Shown here: positions 9,447-17,899 of the stretch, one piece after another
How the letters are laid out: every line of letters starts with the position of its first letter
How positions within the stretch are numbered: position 1 is the first letter of the stretch
NCBI RefSeq assembly: GCF_000027125.1
Contig: NC_017626.1
Length of the DNA stretch: 64,000 bases
DNA from: Escherichia coli 042
Lineage (GTDB): Bacteria; Pseudomonadota; Gammaproteobacteria; Enterobacterales; Enterobacteriaceae
Direction: 5' to 3' (one strand)
Notes under the pieces: model-generated
Database searches by the model: none
What the model was told of the DNA's origin: nothing
The model's input: only the letters and a program-made list of their open reading frames with translations
Position numbers and translations under genes: made by a program

Positions 9447-9737
9447 CTAGTTGCCGGATGTTGGTGGATTTTCGCGTTTTAGTTGTTCATAAAAGTGCAC
9501 AGCTTTAACCAGTTCTTCTGATGTAACTGGGACTGGTGAGGCAGTGAATAAGGCCTGAATTTGATAGTTCGGCCTGTCGTTACAATCCTCTTTTTTCGGT
9601 ACATATTTCCAGTCACCAGACCACTACTTCCCCTGAAAGTCCGTAACGCCTTTTTTCACGTAGCGATATCGCCATGCCACTGGTTTTGCTTGCCCCGCCG
9701 TTTCATGCCCTTCCTGATAATTAATCTCGCTCATTCA
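9447..9737 (-). pseudogene. Small prophage ORF interrupted by in-frame TAG
   Basis: Own translation: MNERDYYQEGHETAGQAKPVAWRYRYVKKGVTDFQGK, TAG at 9626..9624, then WSGDWKYVPKKEDCNDRPNYQIQALFTASPVPVTSEELVKAVHFYEQLKRENPPTSGN, stop 9449..9447. Confidence 0.35.
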
Positions 9738-9748
9738 TCGCCCCACTC

Positions 9749-9922
9749 ATCACAATATGCTTCGACCGGAGTTTTTCCCGCTTCATAGTCATCACGCTAG
9801 GATTCGACATCAGCAGCACTTCCACCGCGTAACTCACCATAGTCCATTAATAGTTCATCCCGCTCTTCAAAACTGATGTTATATTTAGCTGAACAAAAAT
9901 CAGCCACTTTGTTCTTCCTCAT
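9749..9922 (-). pseudogene. Small prophage ORF interrupted by in-frame TAG
   Basis: Own translation from ATG 9922: MRKNKVADFCSAKYNISFEERDELLMDYGELRGGSAADVES, TAG at 9799..9797. The frame then stays open for 15 more codons. Confidence 0.3.
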
Positions 9923-9971
9923 CGTCTTTTATTTCGTGGTATGAGTAATTGCAGTAGTTAAAGAAAATTTC

Positions 9972-10082
9972 TTATGCTCCGTCATGAATTTCCTCAGGTG
10001 TTGCGTCATCGTCCACTTCGAATACATCCTCAAAATCTCCACCAGCTATTCCCGTTTCAATAATAATTTTGAACTTTCGCAT
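9972..10082 (-). CDS. Candidate 36-aa acidic prophage peptide
   Basis: ATG 10082 after a GC hairpin. MRKFKIIIETGIAGGDFEDVFEVDDDATPEEIHDGA, TAA 9974..9972. Confidence 0.25.
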   Translation of the reverse strand: MRKFKIIIETGIAGGDFEDVFEVDDDATPEEIHDGA

Positions 10083-10254
10083 TTCACTACCGCCCTTTCG
10101 GGCGGCCTCCTGATGTTCTGAGGGTGCAGAAATCCATCCGGTTAAGGATTAAATTTTATTTACAGAACTGAATTTAATTATTCAGATATACGTATCTGTA
10201 GCCTTACGAATCTACTCACTGGATGCCTCTTTCATAAAAATAATCCAGTGGGTT

Positions 10255-10701
10255 TTATCGTTTTTTCCCTGTTCGTTGACAGATAACAGGTTTTCTGTCT
10301 GTCAGTGCCAGAATCTGGCTTACCGGTATTTGCGTTTCATTCCATTAAAAAATCAGAACGCCGTGCGGCCTCAACACCCGAAAGGCTTCTTTAAATCTCT
10401 GTCGCGAATCATCACGCCAGGCATCTTTATTCAGCCGTCCATATTTCTTTCCCATCCAGGCGTTATCACCAACACTCTCAAGATGCGGAGGGTCTAATAC
10501 AACCATCGAAAAAGATGCGTCTGCAAATGATAATGCACGAAAATCTGCGATAATGTCAGGGCTGATAATCAAGCGTCTCCCATTGCGTAATGTGTATCCT
10601 TCTTTTCTGATATCGCTGAATATCGCCCGTTCGTCAGACTTATCGAACCAGAACATGCGGCTGCCACAGCACATATCAAGAATGGTTGCCGGTGCACTCA
10701 C
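10255..10701 (-). pseudogene. SAM-dependent DNA methyltransferase (DPPH motif) with in-frame TAA after residue 118
   Basis: GTG 10701; ILDMCCGSRMFWFD (SAM-binding-like), VVLDPPH (motif IV-like), ...HGVLIF, TAA 10347..10345. The same frame continues WNETQIPVSQILALTDRKPVICQRTGKKR to 10255. Confidence 0.65.
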
Positions 10702-11120
10702 TGCGCCACGTCCTGAAAATTACCCTGATAGAAAGCCAGTATGCGCTGCATAACTTCGCTCTTCCGGCACTCGCGACAGATTATGTTTAGGCGACTGTCG
10801 TAGCGACGTATTTCTCCGTCAGGTGATGACCAGATAAGGTCCGGATCAACCACAGCAGGTTTCTTCACCTTTGCCCTCGAGAGTTTTTTGCGGGCGTTTT
10901 GCCAGTCCTTACGCGCCTGTTCAGAGGGGAATAACCCGTAGCCGGAGTTGTATACATCGCCACTGGCTACCAGCTCTCTGGCAAGAACGCTCATCAGATA
11001 TCTAGTCGCACCTGTTTTAGCTTCCAGTTGCCGTAACGTCTCACGGCCGCTCTGGCGCACGAGTTCCACCACCTGCCATTTAATTTTTTCCCGCTCTTCT
11101 TGTGTAAAAACTTTTGCCAC
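10698..11120 (-). CDS. Hypothetical prophage protein (140 aa), translationally coupled to the methyltransferase gene (GTGA overlap)
   Basis: ORF-track protein MAKVFTQEEREKIKWQVVELVRQSGRETLRQLEAKTGATRYLMSVLARELV... with a possible wHTH at the N-terminus. Confidence 0.6.
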   Translation of the reverse strand: MAKVFTQEEREKIKWQVVELVRQSGRETLRQLEAKTGATRYLMSVLARELVASGDVYNSGYGLFPSEQARKDWQNARKKLSRAKVKKPAVVDPDLIWSSPDGEIRRYDSRLNIICRECRKSEVMQRILAFYQGNFQDVAQ

Positions 11121-11160
11121 AAGTCCCCCTTAAAATTACCTCATGACCTGAAATCAACAC

Positions 11161-12126
11161 TTATCCTCTGAAACCAGGCGGAATTTCTGTATCCGGTTCA
11201 GAAATATGATTAACACAACGCTGTACAGGTGAACGTCCCAGGCGGATGACCAGTTCGTCCCATTTTTCGCGGAGCTTTGACGGGCTCATGATGTTTTTGA
11301 CCCAGAATGGATCTCGCTGAACCCGACCAAACATTTCGCAAATTTGTCTGTGGCTTCTGCCATCCAGCATCCGCATTGTGCGCACGTCATTGGCCCAGGC
11401 AGTCCAGTTAGGCTCTTTTGGTCGCATGATCTCGCCATCATCACTGGCTGCCTGTTCGTAGAGACCCACGATCCGCCCCCAGATCCACTGCGCACACGCC
11501 AAATCCTCCCTGCTACCCCACTGGCGTTTTTTCGCACTAAACACAACCGCGTCGGAGTTCCGGGTTAAAAAATCCTGTTCAGTCGTCTGCGGGTCCGGTT
11601 GCGAAGCTTCCGGACGAAAAGTGTTTTTATTCTCTGTAGTAGTCTCTGTTGTATTCTCTGTAAGATCATCAGGCCATTTTGACCCGATGACATTGGGTCG
11701 TTTTGAACCAATGGAGCGTTTCATTTTGACCTCTTCCATCGTGTCATTTTGACCTGATGGAGCGGCGCATTTTGAACCGATGGATTCGCTCAATTTGCCA
11801 CCATCTAAAAGCTCGCTCCCATAGTTGATCGTGTAGAAATTGGTCATATCGCGCTTTGATTTATTGAGCTTTTCACAACGCAAAAGCCCCAGCGTTTTCA
11901 GACTTGCAAACGCGCGCTTTAACGTTGACTCTGACCAGAATGGGAACTGTTCCAGCCATTGTTCCGTTGTGTTATAAATCCAGCGAACACCATCACATTC
12001 CATGCCGGAGTTGGTATCTCTCAACCAGTAGTGCAGTTGTTGCAAAACAATGGCTTCGTTTAAGCCAATTTTCATTGCCAGCTGCGTGTTTATAACCAGT
12101 GGGCGTTCAGCAAAAAGAAGGCTCAT
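11161..12126 (-). CDS. Lambdoid replication initiator (O-like replisome organiser), 321 aa from MSLLFAERPLVIN
   Basis: ORF 11161..12180 trimmed to ATG 12126. N-terminal wHTH-like region, and an internal repeated peptide IGSK encoded by DNA iterons, as for ori-lambda inside O. Confidence 0.7.
   Translation of the reverse strand: MSLLFAERPLVINTQLAMKIGLNEAIVLQQLHYWLRDTNSGMECDGVRWIYNTTEQWLEQFPFWSESTLKRAFASLKTLGLLRCEKLNKSKRDMTNFYTINYGSELLDGGKLSESIGSKCAAPSGQNDTMEEVKMKRSIGSKRPNVIGSKWPDDLTENTTETTTENKNTFRPEASQPDPQTTEQDFLTRNSDAVVFSAKKRQWGSREDLACAQWIWGRIVGLYEQAASDDGEIMRPKEPNWTAWANDVRTMRMLDGRSHRQICEMFGRVQRDPFWVKNIMSPSKLREKWDELVIRLGRSPVQRCVNHISEPDTEIPPGFRG
11675..11787. repeat. Iteron array (4-5 copies of CATTTTGA(A/C)CnGATGGA, ~23-bp spacing) inside the O-like gene: putative prophage origin
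   Basis: Copies start at 11675, 11699, 11722 (degenerate), 11745 and 11768. Confidence 0.65.
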
Positions 12127-12628
12127 AATTCCATCCAGCTTTTTGTTGGTATTGCTGTCGATACGCAAGTTTGAAAGCAATTGCTTTTTCTATAAGTTCG
12201 TCAGTTTCACGATCCACTACGGCAGGATCAGCAAAAAGCAGTCCGGACTCCACCACATCGCCATATTCTTTGTTTAACCCGGCGATCATGCACGTGATGC
12301 TTTTTCCGTCAGTAATTTCACGATACAACCTGAAATCATTAATCCGGATAGCCTCCATAATTGCAGGCACTAGCGCCGTGAACTTTTCACGCTTATCCCT
12401 GGTGTCGATAGCCTTCCAGCGTTCAAATATCTTCACTCGATTAACGCCAAGCGCTCGCTGATCAATCGCGCCACCTTCATATGTGACACGCTGAACATCG
12501 ATGTTCGGGCGCTCTTTCAAAGCCCAGAATGCTTCAGTGATTAATATCGTCGCCTGCTCCTGTGTCATTCCTGGTCGACATATCCAGGCATCCAGAGCCT
12601 CACGAGCCTGTTCAGGAGTGATTTTCAT
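12107..12628 (-). CDS. Prophage protein, full-length form of the K-12 ydfX remnant (173 aa)
   Basis: MKITPEQAREALDAWICRPGMTQEQATILITEAFWALKERPNIDVQRVTYEGG... Its position between the cro-like dicC and the replication gene is the cII-like slot. Confidence 0.6.
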   Translation of the reverse strand: MKITPEQAREALDAWICRPGMTQEQATILITEAFWALKERPNIDVQRVTYEGGAIDQRALGVNRVKIFERWKAIDTRDKREKFTALVPAIMEAIRINDFRLYREITDGKSITCMIAGLNKEYGDVVESGLLFADPAVVDRETDELIEKAIAFKLAYRQQYQQKAGWNYEPSFC

Positions 12629-12842
12629 TGTTCAACCGCCCCGCCCGCTTCGTCTTACGATATTCATCATAAACTTTGGGATCATACTGAAGCTCCCCGC
12701 CAGATGCCTCCTGTAGACGCATCGCGCGACCTTCGGGAACTAAATCCCCTTTCCAGCTATAAAGCGAAGCCAAACGAATACCTGCTGCTTGTGCAAGTTT
12801 TGTTTTTGAACCGAAATACAAAAGAGCGTCAGTTTTAAGCAT
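12612..12842 (-). CDS. dicC: Cro-like repressor DicC
   Basis: MLKTDALLYFGSKTKLAQAAGIRLASLYSWKGDLVPEGRAMRLQEASGGELQYDP..., 76 aa, divergent from dicA. Confidence 0.9.
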   Translation of the reverse strand: MLKTDALLYFGSKTKLAQAAGIRLASLYSWKGDLVPEGRAMRLQEASGGELQYDPKVYDEYRKTKRAGRLNNENHS

Positions 12843-12856
12843 TTAAAACACCTTTA

Positions 12857-12923
12857 TTGTTAGCCATAACTAACAAGATAGATGTTAACAAAAACATAGT
12901 CAATACGATTTAGCATTAGCTAA
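12857..12923. promoter_or_regulatory. dicC-dicA divergent control region with palindromic operators
   Basis: TTGTTAG-ccataa-CTAACAA (12857-12876) and TTAGC-atta-GCTAA (12910-12923). Related TGTTAGC half-sites recur at 13368-13420. Confidence 0.55.
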
Positions 12924-12925
12924 CT

Positions 12926-13333
12926 ATGGAAACAAAAAATTTAACTATCGGCGAACGCATCAGGTATCGTCGGAAAAACCTCAAACACACCCAAAGGTCT
13001 CTTGCTAAAGCCCTGAAAATCTCCCATGTGTCTGTATCACAATGGGAACGGGGTGATAGTGAACCTACAGGGAAGAACCTTTTTGCCCTCAGCAAAGTAT
13101 TGCAATGCTCACCAACATGGATTCTATTTGGCGATGAAGACAAGCAACCAACACCACCTGTTGAGAAGCCAGTTGCCTTATCCCCCAAAGAACTAGAGCT
13201 CCTTGAGCTGTTTAATGCACTGCCAGAATCAGAACAGGATACCCAGCTCGCCGAAATGCGAGCTCGAGTAAAAAACTTCAATAAACTCTTTGAAGAATTA
13301 CTAAAAGCCCGTCAGCGGACAAATAAAAGATAA
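12926..13333 (+). CDS. dicA: CI-like repressor DicA (HTH_XRE)
   Basis: METKNLTIGERIRYRRKNLKHTQRSLAKALKISHVSVSQWERGDSEP..., 135 aa. Confidence 0.95.
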   Translation: METKNLTIGERIRYRRKNLKHTQRSLAKALKISHVSVSQWERGDSEPTGKNLFALSKVLQCSPTWILFGDEDKQPTPPVEKPVALSPKELELLELFNALPESEQDTQLAEMRARVKNFNKLFEELLKARQRTNKR

Positions 13334-13499
13334 CATCATCAATGAGTTATCTTTTACCACATCAATTATGTTAGCTATAGCATACAAAATCACTTGACCG
13401 ATATGTTAGTCATGGCTAATCTTGTTTGCATCAACACACCGCACGGTGTTCTCAGCAAACAGTTCCGCTACCCCAGCGTTAAGGGGAAATGAGGTCAGC

Positions 13500-13655
13500 A
13501 TGGATACTATCGATCTTGGCAACAACGAATCTCTGGTGTACGGCGTGTTTCCAAACCAGGACGGCACGTTCACCGCAATGACGTATACCAAAAGCAAAAC
13601 GTTTAAAACCGAAAATGGTGCCCGTCGCTGGCTGGAAAGAAACTCAGGTGAGTGA
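13500..13655 (+). CDS. ydfA: Qin prophage protein YdfA (51 aa)
   Basis: ORF 13422..13655 trimmed to ATG 13500 behind GAGG. MDTIDLGNNESLVYGVFPNQDGTFTAMTYTKSKTFKTENGARRWLERNSGE. Confidence 0.75.
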   Translation: MDTIDLGNNESLVYGVFPNQDGTFTAMTYTKSKTFKTENGARRWLERNSGE

Positions 13656-13656
13656 T

Positions 13657-13785
13657 ATGGATTTCGACACAATCATGGAAAAGGCTTACGAAGAATACTT
13701 CGAAGGCCTTGCCGAAGGCGAAGAAGCTCTCAGCTTCAGTGAGTTTAAACAGGCGCTTTCCAGTTCGGCAAAATCTAACGGCTGA
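13657..13785 (+). CDS. ydfB: Qin prophage protein YdfB (42 aa)
   Basis: Own translation: MDFDTIMEKAYEEYFEGLAEGEEALSFSEFKQALSSSAKSNG. Starts 1 nt after the ydfA stop. Confidence 0.7.
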   Translation: MDFDTIMEKAYEEYFEGLAEGEEALSFSEFKQALSSSAKSNG

Positions 13786-13814
13786 TAAGCGAAACAGCAC
13801 CGCGAGGAATCAGT

Positions 13815-14033
13815 ATGCAGAAACGAGAACCCGTCATCATCGCGCCAGACTATACCGATGATGAACTTTATGAGTGGATGCGCCAGAAAATTAATGCAGC
13901 GCAGGATCTGAAATGGGCTAATGAAGCCAGGGCTAAGCAGGCTGAAAATCTGTCCGCTCTGGAGCAGGATATCACCAATCTGGAAAAAGCAGCGGCATTA
14001 AGCATTGCCAGAATGATTACATACCCGCGTTAG
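13815..14033 (+). CDS. ydfC: Qin prophage protein YdfC (72 aa)
   Basis: MQKREPVIIAPDYTDDELYEWMRQKINAAQDLKWANEARAKQ... Confidence 0.8.
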   Translation: MQKREPVIIAPDYTDDELYEWMRQKINAAQDLKWANEARAKQAENLSALEQDITNLEKAAALSIARMITYPR

Positions 14034-14373
14034 TAGCTAATCAACAAAGCTAAGGTTAGTAATTAAGGAGTTCTCCACGGGTGAGGTGGAGTGCGTGCGC
14101 CGGACACGGGTGCGCATCCGGAACTGACAGTTTACTGAAAGGATATTTCCCTGAAAAGTCAGACCATAACGCGAAAGCGCACGGCGAGGTAGCTGGTTCA
14201 TAGATAGCCTGTCGTTAAATTTTCGTCGACCGTGCGCTTCCGGTTGTGGCAACCCGCGAAATGGCGCGGCGGTAAGTATGGCGGGGTTATTCCTTCCCCG
14301 TTGAGGACACCGGGTTGTCAGGTTGACCATACGCTTAAGTGACAACCCCGCTGCAACGCCCTCTGTTATCAAT

Positions 14374-14431
14374 TTTCTGGTGACGTTTGGCGGTATCAGT
14401 TTTACTCCGTGACTGCTCTGCCGCCCTTTTT
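14374..14431 (+). ncRNA. dicF: DicF small RNA (ftsZ-targeting), with its terminator
   Basis: TTTCTGGTGACGTTTGGCGGTATCAGTTTTACTCCGTGACTGCTCTGCCGCCCTTTTT matches the DicF sequence as I recall it. Lies between ydfC and dicB. Confidence 0.85.
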
Positions 14432-14600
14432 AAAGTGAATTTTGTGATGTGGTGAATGCGGCTGAGCGCACGCGGAACAGTTAAAACCAAAAACAGTGTT
14501 ATGGGTGGATTCTCTGTATCCGGCGTTAATTGTTAACTGGTTAACGTCACCTGGAGGCACCAGGCACTGCATCACAAAATTCATTGTTGAGGACGCGATA

Positions 14601-14789
14601 ATGAAAACGTTATTACCAAACGTTAATACGTCTGAAGGTTGTTTTGAAATTGGTGTCACTATCAGTAACCCAGTATTTACTGAAGATGCCATTAACAAGA
14701 GAAAACAAGAACGGGAGCTATTAAATAAAATATGCATTGTTTCAATGCTGGCTCGTTTACGTCTGATGCCAAAAGGATGTGCACAATGA
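14601..14789 (+). CDS. dicB: Cell-division inhibitor DicB (62 aa)
   Basis: ORF 14496..14789 trimmed to ATG 14601. MKTLLPNVNTSEGCFEIGVTISNPVFTEDAINKRKQERELLNKICIVSMLARLRLMPKGCAQ. Confidence 0.9.
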   Translation: MKTLLPNVNTSEGCFEIGVTISNPVFTEDAINKRKQERELLNKICIVSMLARLRLMPKGCAQ

Positions 14790-14977
14790 ATTCAGCATTT
14801 GTGCTTGTTCTGACAGTTTTTCTTGTTTCCGGAGAGCCAGTTGATATTGCAGTCAGTGTTCACAGGACAATGCAGGAGTGTATGACTGCAGCAACCGAAC
14901 AGAAAATTCCCGGTAACTGTTACCCGGTCGATAAAGTTATTCACCAGGATAATATCGAAATCCCGGCAGGTCTTTAA
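14786..14977 (+). CDS. ydfD: Qin prophage lysis-type protein YdfD (63 aa)
   Basis: ORF 14732..14977 trimmed to ATG 14786 (ATGA overlap with dicB). MNSAFVLVLTVFLVSGEPVDIAVSVHRTMQECMTAATEQKIPGNCYPVDKVIHQDNIEIPAGL. Confidence 0.8.
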   Translation: MNSAFVLVLTVFLVSGEPVDIAVSVHRTMQECMTAATEQKIPGNCYPVDKVIHQDNIEIPAGL

Positions 14978-15069
14978 AACAGTTCCGTAATAAATATCCG
15001 GTTTCATTCTTATATGCCAGCAATGGCAGGGATTTGTTCATCCTTAAATCTGTCATGAGGTTAAAACAA

Positions 15070-17541
15070 ATGAGTAAAGTCTTTATTTGCGCCGCTATTC
15101 CTGACGAACTGGCAACAAGGGAAGAAGGCGCTGTGGCTGTAGCCACAGCCATTGAAGCTGGCGACGAACGCCGTGCTCGAGCAAAATTTCACTGGCAATT
15201 CCTGGAACATTATCCGGCTGCTCAGGACTGCGCTTATAAATTTATTGTCTGCGAGGATAAACCTGGCATACCCCGCCCTGCCCTCGATTCATGGGATGCT
15301 GAATATATGCAGGAAAACCGCTGGGATGAGGAGTCTGCTTCTTTTGTCCCGGTTGAGACTGAATCCGATCCGATGAACGTCACTTTTGACAAGCTGGCCC
15401 CTGAAGTACAGAACGCTGTCATGGTTAAGTTCGACACATGTGAAAACATCACCGTTGATATGGTTATTAGCGCACAGGAATTGTTGCAGGAAGACATGGC
15501 AACATTCGACGGACATATCGTTGAAGCGTTGATGAAAATGCCAGAAGTTAACGCCATGTATCCGGAGCTTAAGTTGCACGCCATTGGGTGGGTTAAGCAT
15601 AAATGTATTCCTGGTGCTAAATGGCCCGAAATTCAGGCAGAGATGCGCATCTGGAAAAAACGTCGCGAAGGTGAACGCAAGGAAACCGGAAAATACACGT
15701 CTGTTGTTGATCTCGCCCGCGCCAGAGCCAATCAACAGTACACTGAAAATTCAACAGGAAAAATCAGCCCGGTCATTGCTGCCATTCATCGCGAATACAA
15801 GCAGACATGGAAAACACTGGATGACGAACTGGCCTACGCTCTCTGGCCTAGTGATGTGGATGCCGGAAACATTGACGGCAGCATCCATCGCTGGGCAAAA
15901 AAAGAAGTTATCGACAACGACCGCGAAGACTGGAAGCGTATCTCGGCATCAATGCGCAAACAGCCTGATGCCCTTCGCTACGACCGCCAAACTATTTTTG
16001 GCCTTGTCCGTGAGCGTCCGATCGACATTCACAAAGATCCCGTAGCACTGAACAAATATATCTGCGAATACCTGACGACAAAGGGCGTGTTTGAGAATGA
16101 AGAAACAGACCTGGGCACTGTTGATGTTCTCCAGTCATCAGAAACACAAACTGATGCAGTGGAAACTGAGGTATCTGATATCCCAAAAAATGAAACCGCG
16201 CCGGAAGCTGAACCATCTGTAGAGCGTGAGGGGCCGTTCTATTTCCTCTTCGCAGATAAGGACGGAGAAAAATACGGTCGCGCAAACAAACTCTCTGGTC
16301 TGGATAAGGCACTGGCTGCTGGCGCCACTGAAATCACAAAAGAAGAATATTTTGCCCGAAAAAATGGCACATACACGGGCTTACCGCAAAATGTAGATAC
16401 CGCTGAAGATTCAGAACAACCAGAGCCGATAAAAGTTACCGCTGACGAAGTAAACAAAATTATGCAGGCAGCCAATATCAGCCAGCCTGACGCCGATAAG
16501 TTGCTTGCTGCATCACGTGGTGAATTTGTTGAAGGGATTAGTGACCCGAATGATCCGAAATGGGTTAAGGGGCTCCAGACCCGCGATTCTGTGAACCAGA
16601 ACCAGCATGAATCGGAACGGAACTACCAAAAAGCGGAACAAAACAGTCCAAATGCGTTACAAAACGAGCCAGAAACGAAACAGCCTGAACCAGTAGCGCA
16701 ACAGGAAGTGGAAAAAGTCTGCACCGCCTGCGGTCAGACCGGCGGCGGCAACTGCCCTGATTGTGGCGCGGTGATGGGCGACGCAACATACCAAGAAACA
16801 TTCGATGAAGAGTATCAGGTTGAAGTTCAGGAAGATGATCCGGAGGAAATGGAAGGCGCTGAACATCCACACAAGGAGAACACTGGCGGCAATCAGCATC
16901 ACAATAGCGATAATGAAACTGGCGAGACGGCAGATCACCCAATTAAGGTGAACGGTCATCACGAAATCACATCCACCAGCAGGACGTGTGACCATCTAAT
17001 GATCGACCTTGAAACCATGGGAAAAAATCCTGATGCCCCGATCATCTCAATAGGTGCAATATTTTTCGATCCGCAAACCGGAGATATGGGACCGGAATTT
17101 AGTAAGACTATCGATCTGGAAACTGCTGGCGGAGTCATTGATCGGGACACCATTAAATGGTGGCTTAAGCAATTACGCGAAGCGCAATCTGCCATTATGA
17201 CCGATGAAATCCCGTTAGATGATGCACTGTTACAATTGCGAGAATTTATCGACGAAAACTCCGGTGAATTTTTTGTTCAGGTTTGGGGAAATGGAGCCAA
17301 CTTCGACAACACGATTTTGCGCCGTTCATACGAACGGCAGGGGATCCCCTGCCCGTGGCGTTACTACAACGATCGCGATGTACGCACAATCGTTGAGCTG
17401 GGGAAAGCCATAGACTTCGATGCCAGAACGGCTATTCCATTCGAAGGTGAGCGCCATAATGCACTTGATGACGCCCGTTACCAGGCAAAATACGTTTCAG
17501 TTATCTGGCAAAAACTGATCCCGAGTCAGGCTGATTCTTAA
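15070..17541 (+). CDS. ydfE: Intact YdfE-like protein (~823 aa) with C-terminal DEDD-type 3'-5' exonuclease domain
   Basis: ORF 15034..17541 trimmed to MSKVFICAAIPDE (GAGG RBS). Acidic low-complexity middle, CTACGQTGGGNCPDCG zinc-ribbon-like motif. C-terminal LMIDLETMG...GNGANFDNTIL...HNALDDARYQA resembles exonuclease motifs I-III. Confidence 0.75.
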   Translation: MSKVFICAAIPDELATREEGAVAVATAIEAGDERRARAKFHWQFLEHYPAAQDCAYKFIVCEDKPGIPRPALDSWDAEYMQENRWDEESASFVPVETESDPMNVTFDKLAPEVQNAVMVKFDTCENITVDMVISAQELLQEDMATFDGHIVEALMKMPEVNAMYPELKLHAIGWVKHKCIPGAKWPEIQAEMRIWKKRREGERKETGKYTSVVDLARARANQQYTENSTGKISPVIAAIHREYKQTWKTLDDELAYALWPSDVDAGNIDGSIHRWAKKEVIDNDREDWKRISASMRKQPDALRYDRQTIFGLVRERPIDIHKDPVALNKYICEYLTTKGVFENEETDLGTVDVLQSSETQTDAVETEVSDIPKNETAPEAEPSVEREGPFYFLFADKDGEKYGRANKLSGLDKALAAGATEITKEEYFARKNGTYTGLPQNVDTAEDSEQPEPIKVTADEVNKIMQAANISQPDADKLLAASRGEFVEGISDPNDPKWVKGLQTRDSVNQNQHESERNYQKAEQNSPNALQNEPETKQPEPVAQQEVEKVCTACGQTGGGNCPDCGAVMGDATYQETFDEEYQVEVQEDDPEEMEGAEHPHKENTGGNQHHNSDNETGETADHPIKVNGHHEITSTSRTCDHLMIDLETMGKNPDAPIISIGAIFFDPQTGDMGPEFSKTIDLETAGGVIDRDTIKWWLKQLREAQSAIMTDEIPLDDALLQLREFIDENSGEFFVQVWGNGANFDNTILRRSYERQGIPCPWRYYNDRDVRTIVELGKAIDFDARTAIPFEGERHNALDDARYQAKYVSVIWQKLIPSQADS

Positions 17542-17613
17542 TGTTCAACTGTCGCCGGTTGTGACTGGTATTCTGCAACCGGCGCTCGTCTGATGTAAGA
17601 GATAAAGAAATCG

Positions 17614-17865
17614 ATGAGCGAAGTAATCATGATTGTCTCTCCCGGCAAATGGGTATCCGAAGAGCAGTTAATTGCGCTGAAAGGAATAAAAAAAGGTACG
17701 TTAAAAAAGGCCCGAGAAAAATCGTTTATGGAAGGAAGGGAATATAAGTATGTCGCTCATGACGGTATGCCATGGGATAACAGTCCATGCTTTTACAACC
17801 TGGAAGAAATTGATCGCTGGATTGAGCGCCAGGCATCAGCGAGACCAAGACGTCATCTTACTTGA
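17614..17865 (+). CDS. Excisionase-like protein (83 aa)
   Basis: Small basic protein immediately upstream of the integrase. Sequence ..GKWVSEEQLIALKGIKKGTLKKAREKSFMEGREYKYV.. resembles lambda-type Xis. Confidence 0.55.
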   Translation: MSEVIMIVSPGKWVSEEQLIALKGIKKGTLKKAREKSFMEGREYKYVAHDGMPWDNSPCFYNLEEIDRWIERQASARPRRHLT

Positions 17866-17899
17866 CTAAAAGCCACACTAACTAATGAGAGAAGTTGAA

